64,000 bases of DNA, taken from Stylophora pistillata (lineage: Eukaryota). The notes under the pieces were generated by a model. That model saw only the letters and a program-made list of their open reading frames with translations. It did no database searches and was not told where the DNA came from. Each line of letters opens with the position of its first letter. Positions within the stretch are counted from its first letter, which is position 1. Of the stretch, positions 1-12,000 are shown in pieces. Where the stretch lies: assembly GCF_002571385.2 (NCBI RefSeq), contig NW_019217880.1, positions 230,325 to 294,324 on the forward strand. The letters run 5' to 3'. A program made the position numbers and the translations under genes.

Positions 1-893
1 GATTCTCTAAAGAATTGGGGATATATCGACTCAGATAAGTGCGCCTTCTGTTCCCGGAAAGAAACTATAGATCACTGTTTTCTCAATTGCCCCTGTGTGA
101 AATAAGTGTGGTCCCACTTTTCCCCTGTTATCTCCTCTATCCTTGGAACTAGCTTTCTCCCATCGTGTACCTATGTTTTCTTTTTTCGTTGGACCCCACT
201 AGCCCAAAACAGAATTGTGTTGCTCGCTTTCCAAATTAAGACAATTCTGTACAGCATCTGGAAATTTCAAAATAAATCTACCTTCCACAATGGGAATGAC
301 CCCCCTCAGGGTATAATTCGCTATGCCCTCAGCGAGACCAAAAATAAAATTGCATGCGACTACTTCCGACTCTCGTTATCTAACTTTAGAAACGCTTGGG
401 AGTCCCCATCAATCTGTACAATCGATGAGGACTCTAAAGAATACTTTTGTAAATAGATTACCTTAAGCTTTAGTTAACATTAGATTAAATTAACTTGAAT
501 CATTTACAACTTAGAATTAGCATTAAACAATCCTAGCGTCTACATAAGCCCTAGCCATACCACCATTATAGATTAATGTATGATGCACGATCCTCGCAGT
601 AGAGAGCGCTATTTATGCAATAGCGAAAATCAAAATATATGAACTTCATATATTCATTGTATCTGATTATAGATTAAGTTTATATTAATATTAGACCTAA
701 CTATTTTGGAATTATTTTGGAATTAATACCTTACATTAATATTGGTAATATTTAATACTCGTATATATTTAAGAACTCTTGAACTTTGGAACTTTGAACT
801 GTTTGTTAATAATTAGTTGGGGCCAGGCCCACGTGCGTTAGCACTTTTATTTTGTAACTTAGGTGGTTTATTATGAATAAACCCTTTTCAAAA
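1..893 (+). mobile_element. 3' end of Tx1/L1-clade non-LTR retrotransposon (ORF2 C-terminal zinc finger + 3' UTR), degenerate
   Basis: Frame 1 reads DSLKNWGYIDSDKCAFCSRKETIDHCFLNCPCVK*VW..., the CxxC-ET.xH-C zf-RVT motif of L1/Tx1 ORF2, with an in-frame stop at 103-105. The ORF ends at 456, followed by an AT-rich 3' UTR with AATAAA at 876-881. Confidence 0.8.
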
Positions 894-901
894 CTTAAAA
901 A

Positions 902-1579
902 GCTTCTCAGCCTTTTAACCTATGAAAATCAGTATTCTCTTTTTTTCTTTCAGTTTTGATAATGGAAAGCCAGGAGAGCCAAGTTATTGAGCAGTTTACC
1001 AGTACCACCGATGGCCCCGAATCCGTCGGAACCTGGGCAACATCGTCCGAGCTTGATATCCCGGAGGCCTTAAAACTCCTTGAAAACAGTGGTGTGCGTT
1101 TTACAGGTGTACCATTTATGGGCTCAGGGCAAACCAAGATCATCAAAGACCGGTCAGTGTATTTTTCCGTGGACACCTTGGTTACCACCCAGGCTATTTT
1201 GGGTGGCATTGATGCCGCTGGCATTGACATTGACTCAATCGGCACAGTCCAGAGGAAAAGTTCGAACAAGTCCAGGGTAGTCTCTGTTGTATCGCGTGCC
1301 GCGAAAGAGGTTGCTCTTGAAACGCCATACGTTAAGATCGAGGGGCTGAAGACCTTTCTTGGCGACTACGAGAGCCGTCTTGCAATTGTGAAAGTATACG
1401 AGGCGCCAGCGAAGCTGCCGGATACGGCCTTAATTGGCCGCCTTAGCCACTATGGCCGTGTCCTCAGCTTCCGCCGTGATATGGTCGCGCAACATATTGA
1501 GAATGGAGTGCGAACGGCCAGAATGAATATCGCCCACTAGATCCCAAACACTATCCGCGTGCCCGGTGAGACGATACGT
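902..1579 (+). mobile_element. 5' end and ORF1 (gag/RRM-like) of a second Tx1-like LINE copy, truncated by gap
   Basis: ORF 956-1540 (..IVKVYEAPAKLPDTALIGRLSHYGRVLSFRRD..IENGVRTARM..) continues past a stop as IPNTIRVPGETI, typical of Tx1/ZCCHC3-like ORF1. It is preceded by a U2-like sequence at 902-935. Confidence 0.75.
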
Positions 1580-1695
1580 NNNNNNNNNNNNNNNNNNNNN
1601 NNNNNNNNNNNNNNNNNNNNNNNNNNNNNNNNNNNNNNNNNNNNNNNNNNNNNNNNNNNNNNNNNNNNNNNNNNNNNNNNNNNNNNNNNNNNNNN

Positions 1696-2240
1696 GACGC
1701 ACACTCTAACTACTTAGCGTATGATTCACACTATCCGCAATCAGTAAAGTGCGGTACTGTCAAGTGCATTTACGAGCGTGCAAAACCCTCCTTTATCATT
1801 AAGGAGAAAAAACATCTGTTCTTGTTTCTAATTGTTATCTTTCTTCTTTCGTGAAGGTAACAAAAACCATGACACCGACCGCCAGCGTTGAACCCCCATC
1901 ATGTTCAGATCCACCACAGTCCTTCCCCTTCCGAACAACTACGCCGCTAACTATAACATCAAGGCATACGCGCTGTTTTCAAGTTGGAGACTGCGTTACG
2001 ATCACGTCTACGAAAACCTAAGAGAGAATGCAAAGGCATGACAGACAGGATATCCGACTCACGAAGCACCAGACCTCCGCATTTTCAGAGCACGCCCACA
2101 ATATCGGACGCTCTTGAACGACGTAAGGTACTTCATTGATCGCGAAGGGTGAAAGAGGTAACCACATACGAAAACGTCAACAAGGACAGTGGAATCACAA
2201 GAACACAACAGCAGGAGAGCCATGCAGCAGCGGACCGATT
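1696..2240 (+). mobile_element. Degenerate Penelope-like element fragment (RT thumb to GIY-YIG C-terminus)
   Basis: Frameshifted remnants YLAYDSHYPQSVKCGTVKCIYERAK, GIRAVF, DIRLTKHQTSAFSEHAH and NVNKDSGI match the Penelope-like ORF at 39577-40122. Confidence 0.7.
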
Positions 2241-2864
2241 TTTTTACTTACCTATATTTTCTGGATAAAAGGCGCTTGTATCCATAACACCCGATCCTCC
2301 TCTTTTACTAGACAATATAGGAGAACGACGTCAAATGCACATCAGAAAAGCACACCATCGCAAGACGAAAACAGTGACGTAATCGGACGGTTGCTCGTAA
2401 TTGGACAACTGAAATCGGACAGTTACATCAGCCAATCACACCAAGAATACATAAATAAGTCTACTAAGCAGAGAATTAATTTGAGAAACCATAGCAACAA
2501 ATCACCATCCAGGACTGGAGATTTCTAAAAAAATGGAAGAAAAGGAGAAATTGAACGAGAAAGCGAAGAAGATGAACAGGCTGACTGTTTTAAGAAAAGA
2601 TTGGATTTACAAGCCGTAGCTTCTTTCAATACTGAATTACATTGGTTTCATTTTTCTCGGAATTTGCAATGGTTCTAATCAATTGTTTGTCGGACTCACG
2701 CGTGTAGTCAAACTCGGTCATTTATCTTACTCGTGATTAATAAATCTACTTCTGCTTCGCGGTCGTGCCAAAATTTTTTCTTTTTTTTTTCAGTCGCCCG
2801 TAGGATTACAGACCGAATTACCTTATGACCACTACTTATCGATTGGGGCAACTTGAAAAGTAAA

Positions 2865-2995
2865 GGATCCCTTTTGTTAAACTCATCATGTGATGATGTC
2901 ATATCAAAATCTTGTTAAAAATGGTTAAAAGAGTCATACCCCAAAGGTCTTTGGCATTTGTAGCAAAACCTACAAACTGAACGCTGAGGATAACT
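2865..2995 (+). promoter_or_regulatory. Putative core promoter of copy A (TCATGTGA box + TATA-like element), alignable with copies B and C
   Basis: ggatccc-ttt..catcatgtgat is shared with 25300-25330. The sequence ttaaaagagtcata..caaagg..aaacctacaa aligns with 25359-25412 and 57015-57070. Confidence 0.4.
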
Positions 2996-3049
2996 TCAGT
3001 TTACTACCCATTTAGACTTATAGATTTAAAGCCAAAACTTGCAAAGTTC

Positions 3050-6000
3050 ATGATGGAGCGTTGGCCGCCAGCTTGGTGGATCATGATCTTTTCGGTTGTC
3101 TGCATCACGACCGAAGCATCACACTTCCGAGGCGGTAGTGTAATGTGGGCTCCTGACAACACTGAGAGCAACAAGGTAAAATGTTTATCAAATTGGATAT
3201 TTCAACTGCTTCTGGCCTTGGGCAGTTAGTGATTCTTTAGTGGGGTACTAAAAAATTTTATTGAAGTAGAATTGTATGTGGTTCTGTATGCACGTGAACT
3301 TTGTAAAACAAGACCTTCAAACCCTTTCCAAGTTTGGCAAGTACTGACCATCTCGAAGGGAACTTTAAGAAACAATCACGATTTTTTGAGAATTTTGTAG
3401 AGCCATACAGAGATGATGTTTATATAAAACAAACCCCCAAAATAGTTTTTTTTTTTTGCAGTACAAAACAACAAAAGAAGTAATGGTAAATTAAACCCAA
3501 AACGCAAGACGTTGGTTAAGATGTCTACACCACACAAACTGCAAATAACAAATTTGAAAATGTGGGTTAAATTTTGTTTCAAGATGTGAAATTAGTAAGA
3601 TAGCCCTTGTAAGTCAGCTAATATGTTCACGAATAAGTAAAGCACACAGTAAAGTCAGTGACCTTTTCCGCATGCAAAACTAAAATCCAATAATTAAGCA
3701 ACGGATGTGCTATTATCTGAAGTAGTCACTAGGAAAAGATAATATACTGCTGAAGGTGAATCTCCTGGCCAAGCCTTCAAGCTCCCAAGTTATCTTAAAT
3801 TTTTCTCTTCCAGCTTCGATGGATTTCCTTTAAGCTCTGAGGCTACAAAATTTTGATGCTTTGTCCAGACAAGGCCCATCAGCTGATACGTTGCTTTATT
3901 CTCATAACTTTTTTGCTGACTAGTGCTTTGAGAGCATCGAGTAAATATACTCGTGAAACACTTCCGGGATGAAAAAGGCCAATAGAATTAGCGCTATATT
4001 AGAATTGCTATTATGGACTTAGTGCCCTTAGCTTTTTATAGAAACTTTTAGAAGCGAGGTAAGTATCAGGTAAGAAGCACCCAGTTTTTTATTTTTTTTT
4101 TAATTGTCTAGATCTTTAAGGATTTCTATCATGTTTTTATCTTGTTTATCTGCGTTTCTCGTGTTTGACATGTGCTTCCCATGTTTGGATAGTTCGCATA
4201 GTTTAAATTCAAAGTTTTTCAGGTACTGAATCTGGACTTATCATATGAACGCAGCCGCGCTGACAAGTATTTCTGCACTTGATTAAATTTTTTTCGAAAT
4301 CTAATCTGTGTTTCATTAGCTACCACCAGAATATAGAACATGCAGAAAGGTGCTACGAGGCTTGCACGAATGTTGGATCTAACACACTATCGGCACTTGA
4401 CAGATGCTTAAAAATATTCGACAGATGCTTGACAGATACCTTGAACGGTACTTGAATGATATTTGAAAGGTACCTGACAGATATTTGACAGGTACCTAAC
4501 AGATGCCTAAAAGATAATTAATTGATACTTGGCAGACACTTAAACGGTCCTTTTAGGAACTGTTACTGTAACTAATTTTACTAGTAATAAGTTTCGTCAT
4601 AGAGATAATTTTTTCTGGAACAGTCTTCCTGAAAATGCTGTCGGTTTAGGGTCTCTGAATGGAATTAAAGGACTCTTTAAGAAGAAAAACTATATTCACT
4701 GGCAATCAGAGGCTTCTCACTCCATGATGATGGAAAATAATTTCTCAATTAACCAATTAATAGTCCATTAGCTAGATAGGTGTAACGCACAGTAGAGACA
4801 GATATAAGCCAAGCTATTCCCTCGGTACGCAACTAGAATCTCTCGACACTGCCAAAAATGCAAGGACCTAGGGGTCACAACAAACTACGATCTATCTTGG
4901 GGTAAACACGTTTCTTACATGGTAAACAAGGCGAACAAAGTGTTAGGTATAATTAGGCGATCACTTAGAAACGATAACCGGTATGCATTTTCTTGCCTCT
5001 TTAAGTCATTAGTAAGACCTATACTCGAATACGCTGCCCCCGTCTCGAGCCCCTACCAAAAAAAGGATATCGAATCCTTGGAAAAAGTCCAAAGAAGGGC
5101 ATCTCGGTTGGCGTTAAAGCAAAAGCGCCGAGAAATGAGCTATGAAGACCGCTGCCAGCCTACTGAATTGGCAAACTTTGGAGAAACGTAGAGAGTTTTT
5201 ATCTCTGATCCAGTGCTATAAGATAGTCAGTTCTGGGAATAGATAGTCTTTCCATTTTCTGACTTTTTCGAACTTGCTAAATGTAATCGAACTAGAGCCA
5301 ACCACGATTATAAGCTCTACGTAAAAGCAGCCATTCTAAACTGCTACAAATTTTCTTTCTTTGTACGGATCGTTAATATGTGGAATAATTTACCTAAAGA
5401 TATTGTACACGCAGGTTCATTGACTTTATTTCGTAACAGATTAAGGATTTACATGAATATTGATTGAGAAGATGGTAAATAGCTTTTAATTATCTGTATA
5501 TAGTGTTTTCATTTCTTTATTTCGGGGAATCTTTTATATAGGGTTGACCTCTAGATATCCCCTTTTGAGAGATATTTTTGTAACTGAGTTTTGATTTTCT
5601 TCTCTTGAATAAAGTAGTGTTATAGGTCGTAATGACTGTCAACATAGCTCAATGGAAACAGAGAGTATGCAAATGAAAGCAAAGCTCAAAAACTAGTGGC
5701 CTTTCATACGTGCTAAACATAACTCACAACAGACATCTAAAATGGAAACAGGTTAAAGTTTACAAATTAAAGATAAAATGTCCCGCGTGTAAGCCCTCAG
5801 CTCCCCAGATGTCCTTTTATTTTAACTACGTAGGTACTATAGAGTGAATTTAGGGTTTTTCTTTTAATTTTTTTGAAACAATGTGTGAATAATGTACTGA
5901 AAGCGTCAGGAGAACTAATAGTAAAACACTTCCGGGATGTTAGGGGCTAATGAAATGAGAGCCACAGTGTAAGAATTACTTTAAAAATTCAGTTCTCCCA

Positions 6001-9000
6001 GTATTATAAAAGAACTGCTCGAGGCCAAGAAAGGATCAGTTAACAAACAACCGTAATATTGTTTTGATGCAGTAGAGGTTAAAGGGTTTCATCATGTGCT
6101 TGTTATGTTCATCATATGCTTGTCATGTTTGTCATGTGCCTCCTATGCTTGAGAGTTTGTATCACTTGAAACTTAAGTCTACGGTCGTATGGGATCCCAA
6201 AAAATAAAGGTGCCTCGCTATTTCTCAGTGCGTTTGTGTTTGAAAATTAAAGAATGTTTGTAGAACGGCATCGGCTATTTTCTCGTTGTTCATAGTTTTC
6301 AGTTCCACGAAAGCTAAACTTTGTACAGTTGGTTTTCAAAGCTATCCAAATCAGTCATGTCATTCTTGGGCTCTTTGCAAAAAAACGATGGGAAATCATT
6401 TTTTTGAGCTTGAGNNNNNNNNNNNNNNNNNNNNNNNNNNNNNNNNNNNNNNNNNNNNNNNNNNNNNNNNNNNNNNNNNNNNNNNNNNNNNNNNNNNNNN
6501 NNNNNNNNNNNNNNNNNNNNNNNNNNNNNNNNNNNNNNNNNNNNNNNNNNNNNNNNNNNNNNNNNNNNNNNNNNNNNNNNNNNNNNNNNNNNNNNNNNNN
6601 NNNNNNNNNNNNNNNNNNNNNNNNNNNNNNNNNNNNNNNNNNNNNNNNNNNNNNNNNNNNNNNNNNNNNNNNNNNNNNNNNNNNNNNNNNNNNNNNNNNN
6701 NNNNNNNNNNNNNNNNNNNNNNNNNNNNNNNNNNNNNNNNNNNNNNNNNNNNNNNNNNNNNNNNNNNNNNNNNNNNNNNNNNTGGCCAATTTACCATTTC
6801 AACTTTGTTAATATATTGAAATTATTTCGTTACCCCCCACCGACGCAGCCCCAAACAGTTTCTTTAGAAACTACCAGCCTTTATTCATTTGGAATCTGTT
6901 CAAGCCTGATACTGACCTGCTCTTAAGGTTTATTTTGGGAAATCTAGGGACGATAAGGAATGAAGCATTTCAAAATACATGTTTCAGGATCTAAGGCTTG
7001 ATACAAGGTTCTTGCACTTTTTCAGGAACCCAATTTCAAGGACTTTCAAGGACTTTTTAGGTCATTTTCAACGACCTTGGTTCTCAAATTCAAGGACCTT
7101 TTACATGAAATAGTAGCTAACAGAAATGAAAAAGCATTGCTCATTATCACGTGTCAAACATCATAATCGGAAGCGCGATTTGAAAGAAAAACTCGCTTTC
7201 ACTATTTGTGCTAGAAACTTTCACTTTCAACACCAAAAACAAAGGAAAACTTCAACTTTGATTCATCTGCACTTATTTTCAAGGACTTTTTCAGAAGTTT
7301 TCAAGGGCCTGAGACTAAATTTAAGGGTTTTCAAGTCCTTGAAAACAAAAACTTAAATTCAAGGACTTTCATGGACTTTCAAGGAGCGCGGGAACCCTGT
7401 GGATAATTTGGCAACTTCAGAGTTCCTTATTACGGGTTGGCAAACTAAAACCACATTACAATCACAGTGATCAGTTCACTACAAGAGAAGATAAACTGTT
7501 GTCTTGGTCCACTACTAATTGGATGCTTTGACTTTGATATTTTAGCTACTCGAAGTGCTGTTGGATTTCTGTCAGATATTCTCCAAGTGTTAGTAACTGG
7601 CATATACGAACCACGGTAAACCTCTCTCCCCGATCAGATAACGGAAAAATCAATTCATCTCCAGTAACAAGAAGCCCACCCATTGTTCGATTTCCAGGAG
7701 GTTGTCGTCAGTCATTTAGAATACCGGTTGAAGACCCAGATGGCGATACGGTGAAATGCCGATTTGCGACTTCAACGGAGTCCCTCATACCCAATTCCAG
7801 TTTTCCTTACGGTACAATAAATGAGGTAACTGATAGCAGAACAGCATATTTCATTTTTATTATTTTATTTTTTTCATATCTATTTATGTAACTGATATGA
7901 TACAATGAGTTATGGTATTAGGACTTAGTGGAGTCCAATTCAGTTTGTAATCATTTGAGCGAGCCGGAGTCCAATTTGTGAAACACGCCCGAGTATGATT
8001 ACAGACAGACTTGGACGACACGAAGTCTTATTACCTGTTAAGGTAATTCCCTTGAAATTGTTCTACTACCAAACCTTTTTTGAAACTTGGTATAATTAAC
8101 ATTCATGATATAAACATTAAAAAAATGCAATCAAAAAATGGGGTCATCGTGCTTGTTTACGCGTCAGCGGGCTCTTAAAATGGGGTGTTTTTACTGGTTG
8201 CGCGTTAAAAATTCGAATCACCTTCATACAGAATTTAGCCCTAGTAATTTGAAAGACTCAAAATTTTCTTTTTAAATTAAAACTTGTTTTTTAAAAATAA
8301 GCAGTAGTGCTTTATTTTTAGCTGTTTTTGATTACCTGGTTGTGGGGATTTTGCACTTTTTCGGACAGTTTCGTGGTTAGCTTGAAGTCCTCGCCTTGGC
8401 CAAAATACACCAAGTACGGAACTATTTTCGAAAAAAAATCATGTTCTACTATCAAACTTTTTTTCCTTCAAATATGTTCTTTATTAGAGTGTTCTTAACA
8501 AATACCTGAAAAAAAAAATTGGGTGTCACCGTGCTTGTTTCCTCACAAACTGCCGTGAAAGGTGGACAGGGTTTTGAGATCACACATTTTTTTCATTTTC
8601 TTGTTTTTCGAGAGCAGACCGGGAAGCTGTCAGCCGATTTGCGACATTCTTATTATGAAAAAAAGCTTTCACTCTGCAAAAGCGTCCCTTGTCCGTTCTT
8701 TTCACGCTAGCGGGAAGAACAGCCGCCATCTTAGATGTCGCAATGTTATGCGCAGAAAAGCTTACGCAGTGCAAAACAAGGGAATGACCTTAATGAAAAC
8801 TGTGACAAACTTTGAGGGAAAAAAAACTAGTCATCGGTAATAAGTTTCAGCGAAAAGCACGACGAGAGCGTGCGCATATGACGCGAATGGTCCAACAGAT
8901 CACATTCGAGAATTTTGTTATAATAGTTTCAGGATTAGCTCACAAATTTACACTGAACACTTAACGCTATAGTATANNNNNNNNNNNNNNNNNNNNNNNN

Positions 9001-12000
9001 NNNNNNNNNNNNNNNNNNNNNNNNNNNNNNNNNNNNNNNNNNNNNNNNNNNNNNNNNNNNNNNNNNNNNNNNNNNNNNNNNNNNNNNNNNNNNNNNNNNN
9101 NNNNNNNNNNNNNNNNNNNNNNNNNNNNNNNNNNNNNNNNNNNNNNNNNNNNNNNNNNNNNNNNNNNNNNNNNNNNNNNNNNNNNNNNNNNNNNNNNNNN
9201 NNNNNNNNNNNNNNNNNNNNNNNNNNNNNNNNNNNNNNNNNNNNNNNNNNNNNNNNNNNNNNNNNNNNNNNNNNNNNNNNNNNNNNNNNNNNNNNNNNNN
9301 NNNNNNNNNNNNNNNNNNNNNNNNNNNNNNNNNNNNNNNNNNNNNNNNNNNNNNNNNNNNNNNNNNNNNNNNNNNNNNNNNNNNNNNNNNNNNNNNNNNN
9401 NNNNNNNNNNNNNNNNNNNNNNNNNNNNNNNNNNNNNNNNNNNNNNNNNNNNNNNNNNNNNNNNNNNNNNNNNNNNNNNNNNNNNNNNNNNNNNNNNNNN
9501 NNNNNNNNNNNNNNNNNNNNNNNNNNNNNNNNNNNNNNNNNNNNNNNNNNNNNNNNNNNNNNNNNNNNNNNNNNNNNNNNNNNNNNNNNNNNNNNNNNNN
9601 NNNNNNNNNNNNNNNNNNNNNNNNNNNNNNNNNNNNNNNNNNNNNNNNNNNNNNNNNNNNNNNNNNNNNNNNNNNNNNNNNNNNNNNNNNNNNNNNNNNN
9701 NNNNNNNNNNNNNNNNNNNNNNNNNNNNNNNNNNNNNNNNNNNNNNNNNNNNNNNNNNNNNNNNNNNNNNNNNNNNNNNNNNNNNNNNNNNNNNNNNNNN
9801 NNNNNNNNNNNNNNNNNNNNNNNNNNNNNNNNNNNNNNNNNNNNNNNNNNNNNNNTCGTAGTAAACGAGAACACGCGGCAAGTTTTACACTGTGACTCCA
9901 TGCTGAAAATGAGTCAATACCAACCTTTTTCCCGCATAATCCAGTCTCTAGACGCCAACTGTTAACCATGGTAACGGTTTTTTTTCTCTAAATTGTCGAT
10001 AGACACGATCTACGAGCAAAGCTACGTTGATGCGGGGCTAAAGCAAGTTAAACTCCGATGCCCAAAAAACTCGGCCTGTGAAGGATTTTATCCTGATATC
10101 ATAAAAAATTCTAAAATTATATTAAAAGAAGAGAAAAAAAGGGAGAATTAGAGATCTTGGTGCTACCAGTGGTATAATTTTCAGTCTAAAATTGAAATTT
10201 TCTCTTGCAGAAACATTGTTTGCTGACATACAATGGATCGTCCGAAGCAGACGGAGTTTTCGCGGTAGCATTAACTTTAGAAGACTTTCCAGCGGGTACA
10301 ACAGACTTTGACAGTGTCACACCATTCAGCAGTATCCCATTACAGTTTATTGTCCTGGTGACTGGTAACTATAGTGGTAGTTGCGATAAAAGACCTATCT
10401 TTACAGCATCGACCCCTAAAGATGGTGAATGTTCTGACCTCGCAGTTGGCTCTGAGTATAGGGCAGTGATTGAAGTACAGGTTGCAGACTTCTCGAAATC
10501 GTAAGTAAACAAAACTCCGAATAACTTGTCATCCTAATACTTTTTTCTTTGCCACTATTTGCACTAACAAGCAAAAGACACTGATACTTATTTCTTAGGA
10601 TCTCAATAGGCAGTTAGGTTACATCCAGTACATCAGTAATAATTAAAAGTTTGAGGTTTAAACCTCCAATACCTGACCTGATGTAAAATTGACATCTGTT
10701 TTTATTATGTTGTTCTCCAATTTTGCGTCATTTTATGCTACCAAAAACTAGGTCACGAGGCTAGTTGTTACAAAAATCTTTAGGTAAGACCTTACTGAGA
10801 TACGATTTTCGGTAGTTCGGTAGATTACACATGAGCGGAGTGATCAACTGCTCTACAATGGATCGGAAGGGAGGAAAGACCGAAATGTTTCTGATTGTTT
10901 CTAGTGCCATCTTACTTTCTTTAATTTATGTGTTATAAGGAGAAAGATGGTATCTCCAGTGAACATGGTGGGGGTATCAAATTTGATTAACAGAATATAG
11001 ATTTCATTATTCAAATCATCAAAATCATATATATTCTTTTTTCCAATCCTTTTAGCATCGTGGAAATACCTACTGCTTCTCCATCTGGAATGCAATTTAC
11101 TTCCTTGCGCAATAATGAACTTATCTACTACAAAAATGTCACGTGGTATCCTCATCAGCATCAAATTGGACAACAGCTGTTCTGCTTTAAGGCAGTAGAC
11201 TCCTCAGGGTAGGAATGGTAGCTGTTACTTACAGAAACACAAAAAAATACTTCAATTGAATGGTTTACCGTTTTCAGCTTTCAATTCTGAATTGTGTCAT
11301 AAGTTACTTTCAAGAGCAAAATTTAGGCATTTACGTTTCATGAAAGTTAAGGGATAAGGAGAGAGTTTTCCTTGAATCGTTTATAATTTTTTTCGTGTGT
11401 GGTTTTTATCATACCAGAGGTTTCTCTTGATTTTTCTCCCCATGAGAGAGCAGCGAGAGAGCCGCGAAAGCGGCGAACACGAGTCGCGAAGCGGCAAGAA
11501 AGAAAAACCTCTGGTTACCTTGGACTTGAATCTACCCCTAGCTCAAAGAAAATAATTCTTTAATCAAAGTTACTGAAGTCTAAACCACTGGAGGATCTAT
11601 TCTATCATTTATCATAATAGCTTTTACACCCTCAGCGTCTCATATCAAGTATTTTTCACAGACTGGAAAGTGATTGGCGATGTGTGACAATTCTTGTTGG
11701 TACTAGTAAGTACATCACATACTCTTGACAGACAAGAACAAGAAAATGTTATGACACTCTCTATACCATATTCAGTAGTTCTAAATACACTAGAGGAAAA
11801 AGGTAAAGGTAAACACACAAATGAACATTCTTCGTCTTTTCGAAAATCTCAGATAGACTCCTAACTTATCGTCCAAAGTCTCCGAGGTAGGTCAAGAATT
11901 GCACGTGAAAATCGACGTCTTGAAATTGATAAATTTTGCTATTGTAATGATACAAAAGAGACTGGAGCAATTGAATTTTAAAAAGATTCGATTCTCGAAA

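Noticed and set aside
1814-1832. atctgttctt resembling the U2 sequence downstream of a Keno insertion site
   Set aside because: It is only ~10 nt and is explained as coding remnant (EKKHL..) of the Penelope-like fragment.
6286-9969. Long ORFs in the track containing X runs
   Set aside because: Artefacts of N gaps.
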